In this document: piece by piece, positions 19,958-29,597 of the stretch
Layout: every line of letters starts with the position of its first letter
Position numbering within the stretch: the stretch's first letter is position 1
NCBI GenBank assembly: GCA_050015075.1
Contig: JBEKCB010000007.1
Span: 109,747 to 173,746 of the forward strand
DNA: 64,000 nucleotides
Source of the DNA: Candidatus Brocadiia bacterium
GTDB lineage: Bacteria > Planctomycetota > Brocadiia > CAIUPP01
Direction of reading: 5' to 3'
Notes under the pieces: model-generated
Databases searched by the model: none
What the model was told of the DNA's origin: nothing
What the model saw: the letters and a program-made list of their open reading frames with translations, nothing else
Made by a program: the position numbers and the translations under genes

Positions 19958-21796
19958 CTAGTCCAATTGAAACTTCGCAAGATACTCGTCCACCTCGTGA
20001 GGTTTTGCGTTGGGCTGACGCTCTTTGAGAAGCAGGCAGTGCGCAAGGACCAGCGCGTCCATGTTGGTGGCCATGAAACATCGGTACGCCTCTTCAGGGG
20101 TGCAGACAATCGGCTCGCCGCGCACGTTGAAGCTCGTGTTGATCAGGAGCGGGCAACCGGTCCGTTCCTTGAAACGCTTCACCAGTTGATAGTATCGCCC
20201 GTGGCGCTGAGCGTCAACCGTCTGCACGCGGGCCGAGAAGTCCACGTGAGTGATCGCGGGCACCACCGAACGTTGGACGGAAAGTTTCGCCAGGCCGCGC
20301 GCGGCCTTCAGGCGCTCGTCGCCGCCGGCGATCCGCTTGTCCTTTCGAACGTTCGCCACCAGGAGCATGTACGGACTGTCCTCGTTCGGCCGCATCTCGA
20401 AGTATTGAGCCACATCCTCGCGAAGGACCGACGGAGCAAACGGACGGAAGGACTCGCGGAACTTCACCTTGAGATTCATCACTTTCTGCATCTCGGAAGA
20501 GCGGGGGTCGCCGAGGATGCTGCGGCAGCCCAGCGCGCGCGGGCCGAACTCCATGCGGCCCTGGAACCAGCCGACGACCCGTCCCCCAAGGATGAGGTCC
20601 ACGACGCGGTCCATGAGCCGTTCGTCATCCGGGAAGGTCTCGTAGGGTGCGGCGGCCGAATCGAGGAAGGCCCGGACTTCATCGTCGCTGAACGCAGGAC
20701 CCAGGAGGCTTCCGCGCTGGCTGTCCTGCGCTGCAATCTCGCGCCCGTGCCCGAGGAGCTGGTGCCAGACGAACAAGGCTGCACCGAGCGCGGCGCCCGC
20801 GTCGCCGGAGGCCGGCTGAATCCAGATGTCTTTAAACGGCCCTTCGCGCAGGATGCGGCCGTTGCCGACGCAGTTCAAGGCGACGCCTCCGGCCAGGCAT
20901 AAATGATCCAGGCCGGTGAGCTGGTGCGCATGCCGGCAGATCCGCAGCATGATGTCCTCGGTCACTTGCTGTATGCTCGCCGCCACGTCCATGTGGAACT
21001 CGGTCAGCGCGCCTTCCGGCTTTCGAGGGGGCTGTCCGAACAGGCGGTGGAACCGGGCGTTCGTCATCGTCAGGCCTTGGGCATAGTTGAAATAGCGCAT
21101 GTTCATCCGGAAGGAGCCGTCTTCCTTGATATCCAGCAATTGCTTGCGGATCACGTCGGCGTACTTCGGCTCGCCGTAGGGCGCCAGCCCCATCATCTTG
21201 TACTCGCCGCTGTTCACCCGAAATCCCGTGTAATAGGTGAAGGCCGAATAGAGGAGACCCAGCGAATGGGGAAAGCGCAGCTCATGGGTCAACTCGAGCC
21301 GGTTGTCCCGTCCGGCCCCGATGGCCGCCGTCGCCCATTCGCCCACGCCGTCGAGCGTCACAATGGCGGCCTCACGGAACGGAGAGGGGAAGAATGCGCT
21401 GGCTGCGTGCGATTCGTGGTGCTGGACGAAGACGTACCGGCCCTTGAATCGGCGTCTCAGGCCGCGGTCCATGACGTGAGGCAGATAAAGCTTCTGCCGC
21501 AACCACGCCGGCATCGCAAGGCGGAAGCTGCGAAAACCGCCGGGCGCGTAAGCCAGGTACGTCTCGAGCAGGCGGTCGAATTTGAGGAGCGGTTTCTCGT
21601 AGAAGACGACGTGGTCCAGTTCAGCCGCGGTGATGCCCGCCTCACGGAGACAGTAATCAATGGCGCTCTGCGGAAAGCGGAAATCATGCTTCCTGCGGCT
21701 AAAGCGCTCCTCCTGGCTCGCGGCGACAATCCTCCCGTCCTGCACCAGCGCAGCTGCGGAATCGTGATAGAAGGCAGAGATGCCGAGGATATTCAT
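19958..21796 (-). CDS. Carbamoyltransferase (NodU/CmcH family)
   Basis: ILGISAFYHDSAA, HHESHAASAF, LDGVGE, GRMEFGPRALG, KFRESFRPFAP, NTSFNVRGEPIV. Confidence 0.95.
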   Translation of the reverse strand: MNILGISAFYHDSAAALVQDGRIVAASQEERFSRRKHDFRFPQSAIDYCLREAGITAAELDHVVFYEKPLLKFDRLLETYLAYAPGGFRSFRLAMPAWLRQKLYLPHVMDRGLRRRFKGRYVFVQHHESHAASAFFPSPFREAAIVTLDGVGEWATAAIGAGRDNRLELTHELRFPHSLGLLYSAFTYYTGFRVNSGEYKMMGLAPYGEPKYADVIRKQLLDIKEDGSFRMNMRYFNYAQGLTMTNARFHRLFGQPPRKPEGALTEFHMDVAASIQQVTEDIMLRICRHAHQLTGLDHLCLAGGVALNCVGNGRILREGPFKDIWIQPASGDAGAALGAALFVWHQLLGHGREIAAQDSQRGSLLGPAFSDDEVRAFLDSAAAPYETFPDDERLMDRVVDLILGGRVVGWFQGRMEFGPRALGCRSILGDPRSSEMQKVMNLKVKFRESFRPFAPSVLREDVAQYFEMRPNEDSPYMLLVANVRKDKRIAGGDERLKAARGLAKLSVQRSVVPAITHVDFSARVQTVDAQRHGRYYQLVKRFKERTGCPLLINTSFNVRGEPIVCTPEEAYRCFMATNMDALVLAHCLLLKERQPNAKPHEVDEYLAKFQLD

Positions 21797-21832
21797 CGGT
21801 GGAATCCGGACCTCCGGGCGGCTGGTATTCGT

Positions 21833-24442
21833 CTATGGAACATAGTTCGCCGGGCTCTCGCGAAAAGGTTTTTGCGCCTTGTAGGATTCCAACTGCTCTT
21901 CGATCCGTCCGGCCATCTGCGCGGAATGGGCCTTCCGCGCCAGGTCGAGCGCCTGGGTCGCCGCCGCGACCGCCTCGTCAAATCGCCCCTGCTCCGCGCA
22001 GGCCGCGCCGAGCGTACTCAAGGCTGTCGGATTCGCGCCGGCGGTTGCTTGGACGGCCTGTTCGGCCAGTCGCGCCGCTTCGGCTCCGTCGCGGAGACGG
22101 GCGTCCGGAATCGTCGCAAGGATCCACGCCAGGGCGCTCGCGATCTCCGCGGAACCCGGCATCAGTTTCGACGTCTCGCGCAGATGCTCAACCGCATCCG
22201 CCGGGCGGCCGAGCCTGCAGAGCACCCGCGCGAGGCGGATGTGCCCCTCGGCGTCCTTCGGCATCAGGCGCACGAACTCCCGGCATTGCGGCAGCGCTTC
22301 ATCCATCTTCCCGAGAGCGATCAGCGCGGTCGCCAGGCTCTTGTGCCCCGAGGCAAAATCCGGAGCGATTTGCGCGACCGCGCGAAACTGCGCGACGGCC
22401 TCCTTCAGGTCTCGTTCCTCGAAGAGGGCTTTTCCGAGATTGAAGTGCGCCTGCAAATAATCGGGCGAGATCCGCAACGCCTCGTGAAACTGTTGCATGG
22501 CCTCGGCCGGCTTTCCCATCTGCATAAGGACAGTCCCCAAATCATTGTGCGCTTCGCTCGAATCCGGCCTGACTTTAAGAGCCTCTTCGATGTATTGACA
22601 GGCAGCGTCGCTCTGTCCGGCTGCGGCAAGCTTGCGGCCCATCGTCAACGCCGCGAGCACCATGGCATCATGGATCCAAACGGCGCCGGCGGGCGCCTGT
22701 TCCAGGCAGATCTGAAATTGCTCCATGGCGCTCTTGAACTCGCCCCGATCAAACTCCAGTTCCGCAAAATCCTTGCGAAGGAGCAGGTCGTGGGGGTCTT
22801 TTTCGAGCGCGCTGCGGTACAGGTCCGAATCCGCTTTCAGGCCTTCCGGCGTGTTGCGTTTCCCCAATTCTTTCTTGGTCTCCTGCAGCCGCGCACGAAC
22901 CTCGGCCTGGTTGAGTTGAAACGTGAAAGGCGGCGTATTTTCTCTCTCCAACAGGATCTGCACGATTCCAGCCAGGCCCCAGTCGGTCAGGACAAGCGCC
23001 TTCACGCACTTCTCCATGGGCGGCGGCGAAACCGTCTCCGCAGGGTGGGCGTCCATCGAGAAGGCGGCAGGGGTCCGAGCCAGCTCTTCGAAGAGGGCGC
23101 TCGCCAGCAGGTAATTGCCGGCGAAGTTCATGTGCACATGGTCCCAGAACAGCTCAGCGCCGGGCGCCCCGTGCGCCGCCTTGTCCTCCTCACGAAAGAC
23201 CTGCTCGACGTCGAGAAGGTGAATCCCGCTCGGTTCCCGTCCGGCGGCCGCCTCGCGGATGATGCCGTTGATGCGCGTATCCGCGCGGAACCGCAGCACG
23301 TCCAGATCGCGCGCCAGAATGAATTCATCCCGCGCCTTGTCGAATTGCCTAAGCTCCCGGTCACACCGGCCCAGACGAAAATGCAAGTCGGCGAACCGGT
23401 CGTCGAGCGCGGCCGCCTCGCGATATTTCGCCGCCGCCTGCGCGCAGTCGCCCTTGGCCTCGAGCGCAACGCCTGCATTGTACGCCGCTTCCCATGCGGC
23501 CATCGTATCCCGGCCGAGGTCGGAGCGGTGCGCCGACCCGAACGGCGCGCAGTCTTCGAGATTCGTCGCGACCGTGCACAGGATCACGCTGGCGCCCGAC
23601 TTCCGCGCCGCCTCGCAGATGTCGGCCAGGTTTTTCCGAAAATAGCCGTACATCCTTTCCAAACGCGGATCATCGGCGGGCACGTGATTCCCGACAAACA
23701 TGTTCAGGGAGTCCCACCTCTTCGGCCCTCCCGATCCGCTCAAGAACCTCCACGAGGCGCTCTGAAGCAACTGCCCGATCTTCGTGGACCTGATCCAAAT
23801 GCTGCCGCGAATGAGCCAGAGGTTTCGTGAGAAGCGGTCGAACACCGTGCCGGGTCCGTAGGGCCCGATCGCCTCGTTGTTGCCCATATAGATGATGAAC
23901 AGATCGCCATGGAGCCTTGCGCAATCCCGGGCAATCGGAAGGATCACGTGAGAATTGATCGCGGCCAGGCCGGTGTTGATGACCTCGAATCGCAGCTCCG
24001 GGTGCTGGTCGCGCAGCATGACTTGGAGAATCCGGCTGAACCCGAACTCCGGCGCCGGATCGCCGATGGCCGCGGACTCGCCCAGCACGAAGATTCGGTA
24101 CGTTCCGGCGGGCTTGTCGGCTGCGAACGATATCGGGACGGCCGGGCTGCGGGCGATGGCCGGCCTGAAGAACCGCCACCCGAATTTGCCATTGCCGCTG
24201 AACTCACCACCCGGTCCGGCTTTGACAAAGAAATGCGAGGGATATCCATAACCGAACGCGCGCAGGCCGCCCTCGAGCAAGCCGAGGAGCAACGCCGGCA
24301 CGACGACCAGGGCCGCGAGCCGGAAGGCCCACCTGCGCCGGCGGGTGAGGCCGATTCTCGCGGGCCCTTCCTCTCTGGGGCCGCACGGGTTCGGACCCTC
24401 TCTTTCGCACCCTTCAAGATCTTCGGATCCTGCTGATCCCAT
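21833..24442 (-). CDS. SGNH-like hydrolase domain plus TPR protein (paralog 1)
   Basis: N-terminal TM helix, VLGESAA, YMGNNE, WDHVH, multiple TPRs, C-terminal LAWILAT...RDGAEA. GGGGGAAG RBS before the ATG at 24442. Confidence 0.85.
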   Translation of the reverse strand: MGSAGSEDLEGCEREGPNPCGPREEGPARIGLTRRRRWAFRLAALVVVPALLLGLLEGGLRAFGYGYPSHFFVKAGPGGEFSGNGKFGWRFFRPAIARSPAVPISFAADKPAGTYRIFVLGESAAIGDPAPEFGFSRILQVMLRDQHPELRFEVINTGLAAINSHVILPIARDCARLHGDLFIIYMGNNEAIGPYGPGTVFDRFSRNLWLIRGSIWIRSTKIGQLLQSASWRFLSGSGGPKRWDSLNMFVGNHVPADDPRLERMYGYFRKNLADICEAARKSGASVILCTVATNLEDCAPFGSAHRSDLGRDTMAAWEAAYNAGVALEAKGDCAQAAAKYREAAALDDRFADLHFRLGRCDRELRQFDKARDEFILARDLDVLRFRADTRINGIIREAAAGREPSGIHLLDVEQVFREEDKAAHGAPGAELFWDHVHMNFAGNYLLASALFEELARTPAAFSMDAHPAETVSPPPMEKCVKALVLTDWGLAGIVQILLERENTPPFTFQLNQAEVRARLQETKKELGKRNTPEGLKADSDLYRSALEKDPHDLLLRKDFAELEFDRGEFKSAMEQFQICLEQAPAGAVWIHDAMVLAALTMGRKLAAAGQSDAACQYIEEALKVRPDSSEAHNDLGTVLMQMGKPAEAMQQFHEALRISPDYLQAHFNLGKALFEERDLKEAVAQFRAVAQIAPDFASGHKSLATALIALGKMDEALPQCREFVRLMPKDAEGHIRLARVLCRLGRPADAVEHLRETSKLMPGSAEIASALAWILATIPDARLRDGAEAARLAEQAVQATAGANPTALSTLGAACAEQGRFDEAVAAATQALDLARKAHSAQMAGRIEEQLESYKAQKPFRESPANYVP

Positions 24443-24538
24443 CTTCCCCCGGCCTCCGGCGCCGAGAATCCATGGACGCACGACCTGCTTCCTTCGTCCG
24501 CCGCGCCCCCTCGAACCGCGCCCGAGTCACCCAGGCGG

Positions 24539-24567
24539 AATCTATCCGCCGGCAATGGGGTTGTCAA
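24539..24567 (-). promoter_or_regulatory. Sigma70 promoter, copy 1
   Basis: TTGACA-17 nt-TAGATT on the minus strand; duplicated upstream of paralog 2. Confidence 0.6.
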
Positions 24568-24587
24568 GGAAGGCGGCCGGCCGTCGT

Positions 24588-27206
24588 CTAAGGACCATAG
24601 CCTGCCGGGCTCTCGTGAAAAGGTTTTCGCGCCTTGTAGGATTCCAACTGCCCTTCAATCCATCCTGCCGCTTGCGCAGAATCGGCCTTCCGCGCCAGGT
24701 CGAGCGCCTCGGTCGCCGCCGCGATGGCCTCGTCAAAGCGCCCTTGCTCCGCGCAGGCCGCTCCGAGCGTGCTCAGAACCACCGGATTCGCGCCCCCGGT
24801 CGCCCGGTCGGCCTGTTCGGCCAGTCGCAGCGCCTCGGCGCCGTCGCGGACACGGGCGTCCGGATTCGTCGCAAGGATCCACGCCAGGGCGAGCGCGGTT
24901 CTCGCGGACCCCGGCGTCCGTTTCAAGCTCCCGCGCAGGTGCTCCACTGCTTCCGCGGGGCGGCCGAGCATGCAGAGCACCTTGGCGAGACGAGTGTGTC
25001 CTCCGGCGTCGTCCGGCGCCAGCCGCACGAACTCCTGACAGGGCGGCAGCGCCTCCTCTGTCTTCCCGAGCGCGATCAGCGCGGCTGCCAGGTTATCTTG
25101 CCCCTCGGCGGAATCCGGATCGCTTTTCACAGCCGCGCGAAACTGCGCGACGGCCTCCTTCAGGTTTCCTTCCTGGACGAGGGCTTCTCCGAGACTGAGG
25201 TGTGCCGACGAAGAGTCGGGGGAGATCCGCAACGCCTCGTGAAGCTGCCGCATCGCCTCGTCCGGCTTTCCCATCTGCAAAAGAACAGACCCCAGATCGC
25301 TGTGCGCTTCGCTCAAGTCCGGCCTGAGTTTAAGAGCTTCCTCGAAGTATTGACGGGCCGCGTCGTGCTGTCCGGTTGCCCAGAGCTTTCGGCCCATCCG
25401 CCCGATCGCGAAGACGACGCCGGCCGTGATCCAATCAGCGCCCGCGGGCGCCTTTTCCAGGCAGATGTGAAACTGCTCCAGCGCGCTTTTGAACTCGCCC
25501 CGATCGAACTCCAGTTCTGCGTAATTCTGGCGGAGGAGCAGATCCTGGGGAGCTTTTTCGAGAGCGCTGCGGTACAGGTCCGAATCCGCTTTCAGAACTT
25601 CCGGCGTGTCATGTTTTTCCCATTCCCTCTGATCCGCCAGCAACCGCGCACACCGCTCGGCGTGGTTGAGTTGAAACGTGAAAGGCGGCATATCCTCTCT
25701 CTCCAGCAGGATTCCCGCGATCCCCGTCAGGGCCCAGTCGGTCAGCACCAGAGCCTTCGCGCACTTTTCCATGGGCGGCGGCGAAACCGTCTCCGCAGGG
25801 CGGCCGTCCAGCGAGAAGGCGGCAGGGTTCCGGGCCAGTTCTTCGAAGACGGCGCTCGCCAGCAGGTAATTGCCGGCGAAGTTCATGTGGACATGGTCCC
25901 AGAACAGCTCGGCGCCCGGAGCCCCGTGCGCCGCCGGGTCGCCCTCCTCAAAGACCCGCACGAGGTCGAGAAGGTGAATCCCGTTCGGTTCCTGTCCGGC
26001 AGCCGCCTCGCGAATGATGCCGTTGATGCGCGTATCCGCGCGGAACCGCAGCACGTCCTGATCGCGCGCCAGAATAAACTCCTCCCGCGCCTTGTCGAAT
26101 TCCTTCAGATCCCGGTCACACCGGCCCAGGCGAAAGTGCAAGTCGGCGAATTGATCGTCGAGCGCGGCCGCCTCGCGATACTTGGCCGCCGCCTGCGCGT
26201 GGTCGCCCTTGGCCTCGAGCGCAACGCCGGCCTGATAAATCTCCTCCCATGCAGCCGTCTCGTCCGCGCCCAGGTTCGAACGGTGCGCCGACCCGAACGG
26301 CGCGCACTCCCCGAGATTCGTCGCGACGGTGCAAAGGATCACGCGCGCGCCTGACCGCCGCGCCACCTCGCAGATGTCGCTCAGGTTCTTCCGGAAATGG
26401 CCGTACATCCTTTCCAAACGCGGATCGCCGGCGGGCACATGATTCCCGGCGAACATCTTCAAGCCTTCCCACTTCTCCGGCTGCCCCGTTCCTCTCAGGA
26501 ACAGCCGCGAGGCGCTCTGAAGCAGTTGCCCGATCCTTGTGGACTTGCTCCAAATGCTGCCGCGAATGAGCCAAAGGTTTCGCGAGAAGCGGTCAAACGC
26601 CGTGCCGGGTCCGAAGGGTCCGACCACCTCGTTGTTGCCCATGTAGATGATGAACAAGTCGCCATGGAGCCTTGCGCAATCCCGGGCGATCGGAAGGATC
26701 ACGTGGGAATTGATCCCGGTCAGGGCGGTGTTGATGACCTCGAATTGCAACGCCGGGCGCTGCTCGCGCAACATCGCTTCGAGAATCCGACTGAACCCGA
26801 ACTGCGGCGCCGGGTCGCCTGCAGCCGCGGACTCGCCGAGGACGAAGATTCGATATGTTCCGGCCGGCTTTTCGGCTGTGAACGTCGTCGGGACGGCCGG
26901 GGTGCGGGCGATGGCCGGACTGAAGAACCGCCACGCGAACTTGCCATTGCTCGTGAGCTTCTCACCCGCTCCGGCTTTGACAAAGTAATGCGAAGGATAT
27001 CCATAGCCGAACGCGCGCAGGCCGCCCTCGAGCAAGCCGAGGAGCAACGCCGGCACGACGACCATGGCCGCGAGCCGGAAGGCCCACCTGCGCCGGCGGG
27101 TGAGGCTGCTTCTTGCAGGCGCGTCATCCCTCGGGCCGCGCCGGTCCGGACTCTCTCCTCCGCGCCCTTCAAGATATTCAGGGCTTCTTGATCTCAACTT
27201 CCGCAC
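24588..27206 (-). CDS. SGNH-like hydrolase domain plus TPR protein (paralog 2)
   Basis: Co-linear with and highly similar to 21833..24442 over its full length. Confidence 0.85.
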   Translation of the reverse strand: MRKLRSRSPEYLEGRGGESPDRRGPRDDAPARSSLTRRRRWAFRLAAMVVVPALLLGLLEGGLRAFGYGYPSHYFVKAGAGEKLTSNGKFAWRFFSPAIARTPAVPTTFTAEKPAGTYRIFVLGESAAAGDPAPQFGFSRILEAMLREQRPALQFEVINTALTGINSHVILPIARDCARLHGDLFIIYMGNNEVVGPFGPGTAFDRFSRNLWLIRGSIWSKSTRIGQLLQSASRLFLRGTGQPEKWEGLKMFAGNHVPAGDPRLERMYGHFRKNLSDICEVARRSGARVILCTVATNLGECAPFGSAHRSNLGADETAAWEEIYQAGVALEAKGDHAQAAAKYREAAALDDQFADLHFRLGRCDRDLKEFDKAREEFILARDQDVLRFRADTRINGIIREAAAGQEPNGIHLLDLVRVFEEGDPAAHGAPGAELFWDHVHMNFAGNYLLASAVFEELARNPAAFSLDGRPAETVSPPPMEKCAKALVLTDWALTGIAGILLEREDMPPFTFQLNHAERCARLLADQREWEKHDTPEVLKADSDLYRSALEKAPQDLLLRQNYAELEFDRGEFKSALEQFHICLEKAPAGADWITAGVVFAIGRMGRKLWATGQHDAARQYFEEALKLRPDLSEAHSDLGSVLLQMGKPDEAMRQLHEALRISPDSSSAHLSLGEALVQEGNLKEAVAQFRAAVKSDPDSAEGQDNLAAALIALGKTEEALPPCQEFVRLAPDDAGGHTRLAKVLCMLGRPAEAVEHLRGSLKRTPGSARTALALAWILATNPDARVRDGAEALRLAEQADRATGGANPVVLSTLGAACAEQGRFDEAIAAATEALDLARKADSAQAAGWIEGQLESYKARKPFHESPAGYGP

Positions 27207-27285
27207 GCCCTTCAGATCTCATGAGAATCCGGGAATCCCTGGGCGCACGCCCTGTTTCCTGTCCGTACCTATGTCGCCCCAGCGG

Positions 27286-27314
27286 AATCTATCAGCCGGC
27301 AGTGATGCTGTCAA
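27286..27314 (-). promoter_or_regulatory. Sigma70 promoter, copy 2
   Basis: TTGACA-17 nt-TAGATT on the minus strand. Confidence 0.6.
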
Positions 27315-27385
27315 GAAAAACAGGGGCGCGGGACGACCGGTTCGCTAAAAGAGCCGGTTTCTTCGCCGGGCTGAATGAGCCTGGA

Positions 27386-29500
27386 TCACGGAATTTGAGA
27401 TTCGGCCGCGCCATTCCCGGCCGGGTAGATGCTCTTTGTGGACAGCGTGCCGCCGAGCAATCGGTCGCATTCGGTCGCGACTTCCAGCGCGCCGGCGGGT
27501 CTGCGGCGCGGTTTCTTCTCCAACATCCGCATGATGAACCGTTGGATCTCCGCGGTCAGGTCCGGCCGGAAGTCCGCGATGGGCGCCGGCGGGCGCGTTG
27601 AAATGTCGCGGGCGATTTCTTCAAGACTCGCGCCCCGCGGGCGGAGCGGCCACGTGCCGGTCAGCCATTCGTAGGCGATCACGCCGAGCGCATAAATGTC
27701 GGCCTGTCCGGTGACTCGCGCGCCCGCCGCTTGCTCCGGCGCCATGTAGGGCAGCGTGCCGGTCATCTGCGGGATCGAGGTCTCCTGCTGACCGGCGACA
27801 TGGGCGATCCCGAAGTCCACCAGCACCGGGCCGCCGTCGTTGCGAATGAGGATGTTCTCGGGCTTCAGGTCGCGGTGCACCACGCCGGCTTCGTGCAGTG
27901 CGTGGAGGGCCTGCGCGATCCTGGAGAGTTGCGCGACGACCTGGTACGGGTCCGCCGTGGCGTCTCTGGGCATCAGGTTTCGCAAGGCGCCGCCGGAGAC
28001 GAGTTCTTGGATGATGTACGTGGCGCCGTCCGGCTCGGTCCCGATGGCCAGGACACGGACGACGCCGGGATGGCGCACGCGCGAGGCCGCCTCGAGTTCG
28101 GTCCGGGCCGACGCGAGGATGCTCTGCCGGGCGCGCGCGTCGTAGAGCTTCTCAAGGCGAAGCCGCTTGAGCACCACGTCTCTGCCGCGCTCGGGGTCGT
28201 AGACCTGGAAGACATCCCCGAATGCGCCGGCGCCCAACTGCCGGCGGATGACATAAGTGGTCCTCGCGGCGGAACCCGCATCGCCGACGCCGCGGCCTTT
28301 TTCGTCTATCGCGCCCTCGACCAATTCCAGGCCGGCCATGGCCTCGTTGAGGACCGGAAGGTAGCGGGCGAAACCGTCCGCGCGCGCGATGCGCAATCCG
28401 CGCAGCAGGCATTGCTCCGCAAGCGCCTTGTATCTCCATTGCAAGTACGCCTCGGCCAGAGAGATCCGCGCGGGAATTTCTTCGTCCGGAAGGTCCATCT
28501 CCTCGAACCCCTTGACCGTCTCGGCCAGGAGCGGGATGGCCTGCTCGTCCGCGCGCGCCCGGAGCAGCTCTCCTCGCGCGGCGCTGAGGAGCAAAGGGAA
28601 GTAAGCGTCGGCGTCGCGGGGCATCGCCTTTTCCGCCGCGGCAAGTTCCGACTCGGCCCGGTCCGGCTCACCCTGCGCCAGGCGCAGCAGCGCCAGGTCT
28701 TTCCGCGCGAAGAACACCAGGTCCCTGAAACCGGCTGCCTCCGCTTTTTCGATGCACTGGGTCAGGCAGCTCTCGGCCCTCGCATAGTTCTCCATCCCGA
28801 GGAAGGCGCGGCCGAGGTCTTCGAGCATCCGCGCCTGGCCGCGCCGGTCGCCGAGCGCGGCGGCGAGTTCCAGGTTCCGCTCGAAGCAAAAGACGGCCTG
28901 GCTGAAACGCCCGGCTTTCAGGTGGACCCTGCCCAGGTTGCCGAGGGTGATGGCGGTCCCGAAACGGTCCGCCGCCATCGTCTTGAGGACGAGAGAGAAG
29001 GCGTAGTCGTTGACGGCGAGGTCGAGCCGGCCGCGCGCGGCTTCCGCCATGCCCAATGTGTCGAGCACCTGGGCCTGCGCCAGGCGTTCGCCGAGGCCGT
29101 CATAGATTTCCGCGGCTTTCAGGAGGGCTTCGATCGAGGCCGCGGTGCGTCGGAGTTTTCCCTCGGCCAGCCCGATGATGTGCCATGCCCGCCCGGCCAG
29201 AACGGTCCCGGGCGCGACGCGGCTCAAAACGTCTTTCGCGGCATCCAGCGCTTTCGGGATATGGCTTCGTTCGCGGATGCCCAGCAGAGCCAGTTCCAGC
29301 GAGCAGGCGTCGCGGAGCGCGGGCGAGGCGGCCTCGAGGTCCTGGCGGGCCTCGGCTTCCCGGCCGACCAGCAGCCGGGCCTGCGCCCGCCCGAACAACG
29401 CCTCGGCGGAAGAAGCCGGTTCGTCGGACACCACAGCGGGAGTTTCCCGGTCCAACGCCGATCGGTAGGGCTCGGGAAGCGGCACGGTGCAAAAGAACAT
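27386..29500 (-). CDS. TPR-repeat Ser/Thr protein kinase
   Basis: N-terminal TPRs; GAGAFG, HRDLKPEN, DFG, YMAPE. Confidence 0.9.
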   Translation of the reverse strand: MFFCTVPLPEPYRSALDRETPAVVSDEPASSAEALFGRAQARLLVGREAEARQDLEAASPALRDACSLELALLGIRERSHIPKALDAAKDVLSRVAPGTVLAGRAWHIIGLAEGKLRRTAASIEALLKAAEIYDGLGERLAQAQVLDTLGMAEAARGRLDLAVNDYAFSLVLKTMAADRFGTAITLGNLGRVHLKAGRFSQAVFCFERNLELAAALGDRRGQARMLEDLGRAFLGMENYARAESCLTQCIEKAEAAGFRDLVFFARKDLALLRLAQGEPDRAESELAAAEKAMPRDADAYFPLLLSAARGELLRARADEQAIPLLAETVKGFEEMDLPDEEIPARISLAEAYLQWRYKALAEQCLLRGLRIARADGFARYLPVLNEAMAGLELVEGAIDEKGRGVGDAGSAARTTYVIRRQLGAGAFGDVFQVYDPERGRDVVLKRLRLEKLYDARARQSILASARTELEAASRVRHPGVVRVLAIGTEPDGATYIIQELVSGGALRNLMPRDATADPYQVVAQLSRIAQALHALHEAGVVHRDLKPENILIRNDGGPVLVDFGIAHVAGQQETSIPQMTGTLPYMAPEQAAGARVTGQADIYALGVIAYEWLTGTWPLRPRGASLEEIARDISTRPPAPIADFRPDLTAEIQRFIMRMLEKKPRRRPAGALEVATECDRLLGGTLSTKSIYPAGNGAAESQIP

Positions 29501-29597
29501 GACTGTCGCCCTATGGGCTTCTGCGCAGTTCCAATCTCGGGCTGCGACTGATCCCCGCCGCGCTCCTCGCTCGGCCGCGAGGAACGGTCGCGGAAGC

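Noticed and set aside
19173-21796. Saxitoxin biosynthesis (sxtI/J/K-like triad)
   Set aside because: No sxtA, sxtG or other core genes are present, and this triad is widespread outside toxin producers.
20903-23830. 975-aa plus-strand ORF and other long antisense ORFs (e.g. 4142..6244, 29487..31397, 46049..48130)
   Set aside because: Shadow frames of real high-GC genes on the opposite strand; no recognisable motifs.
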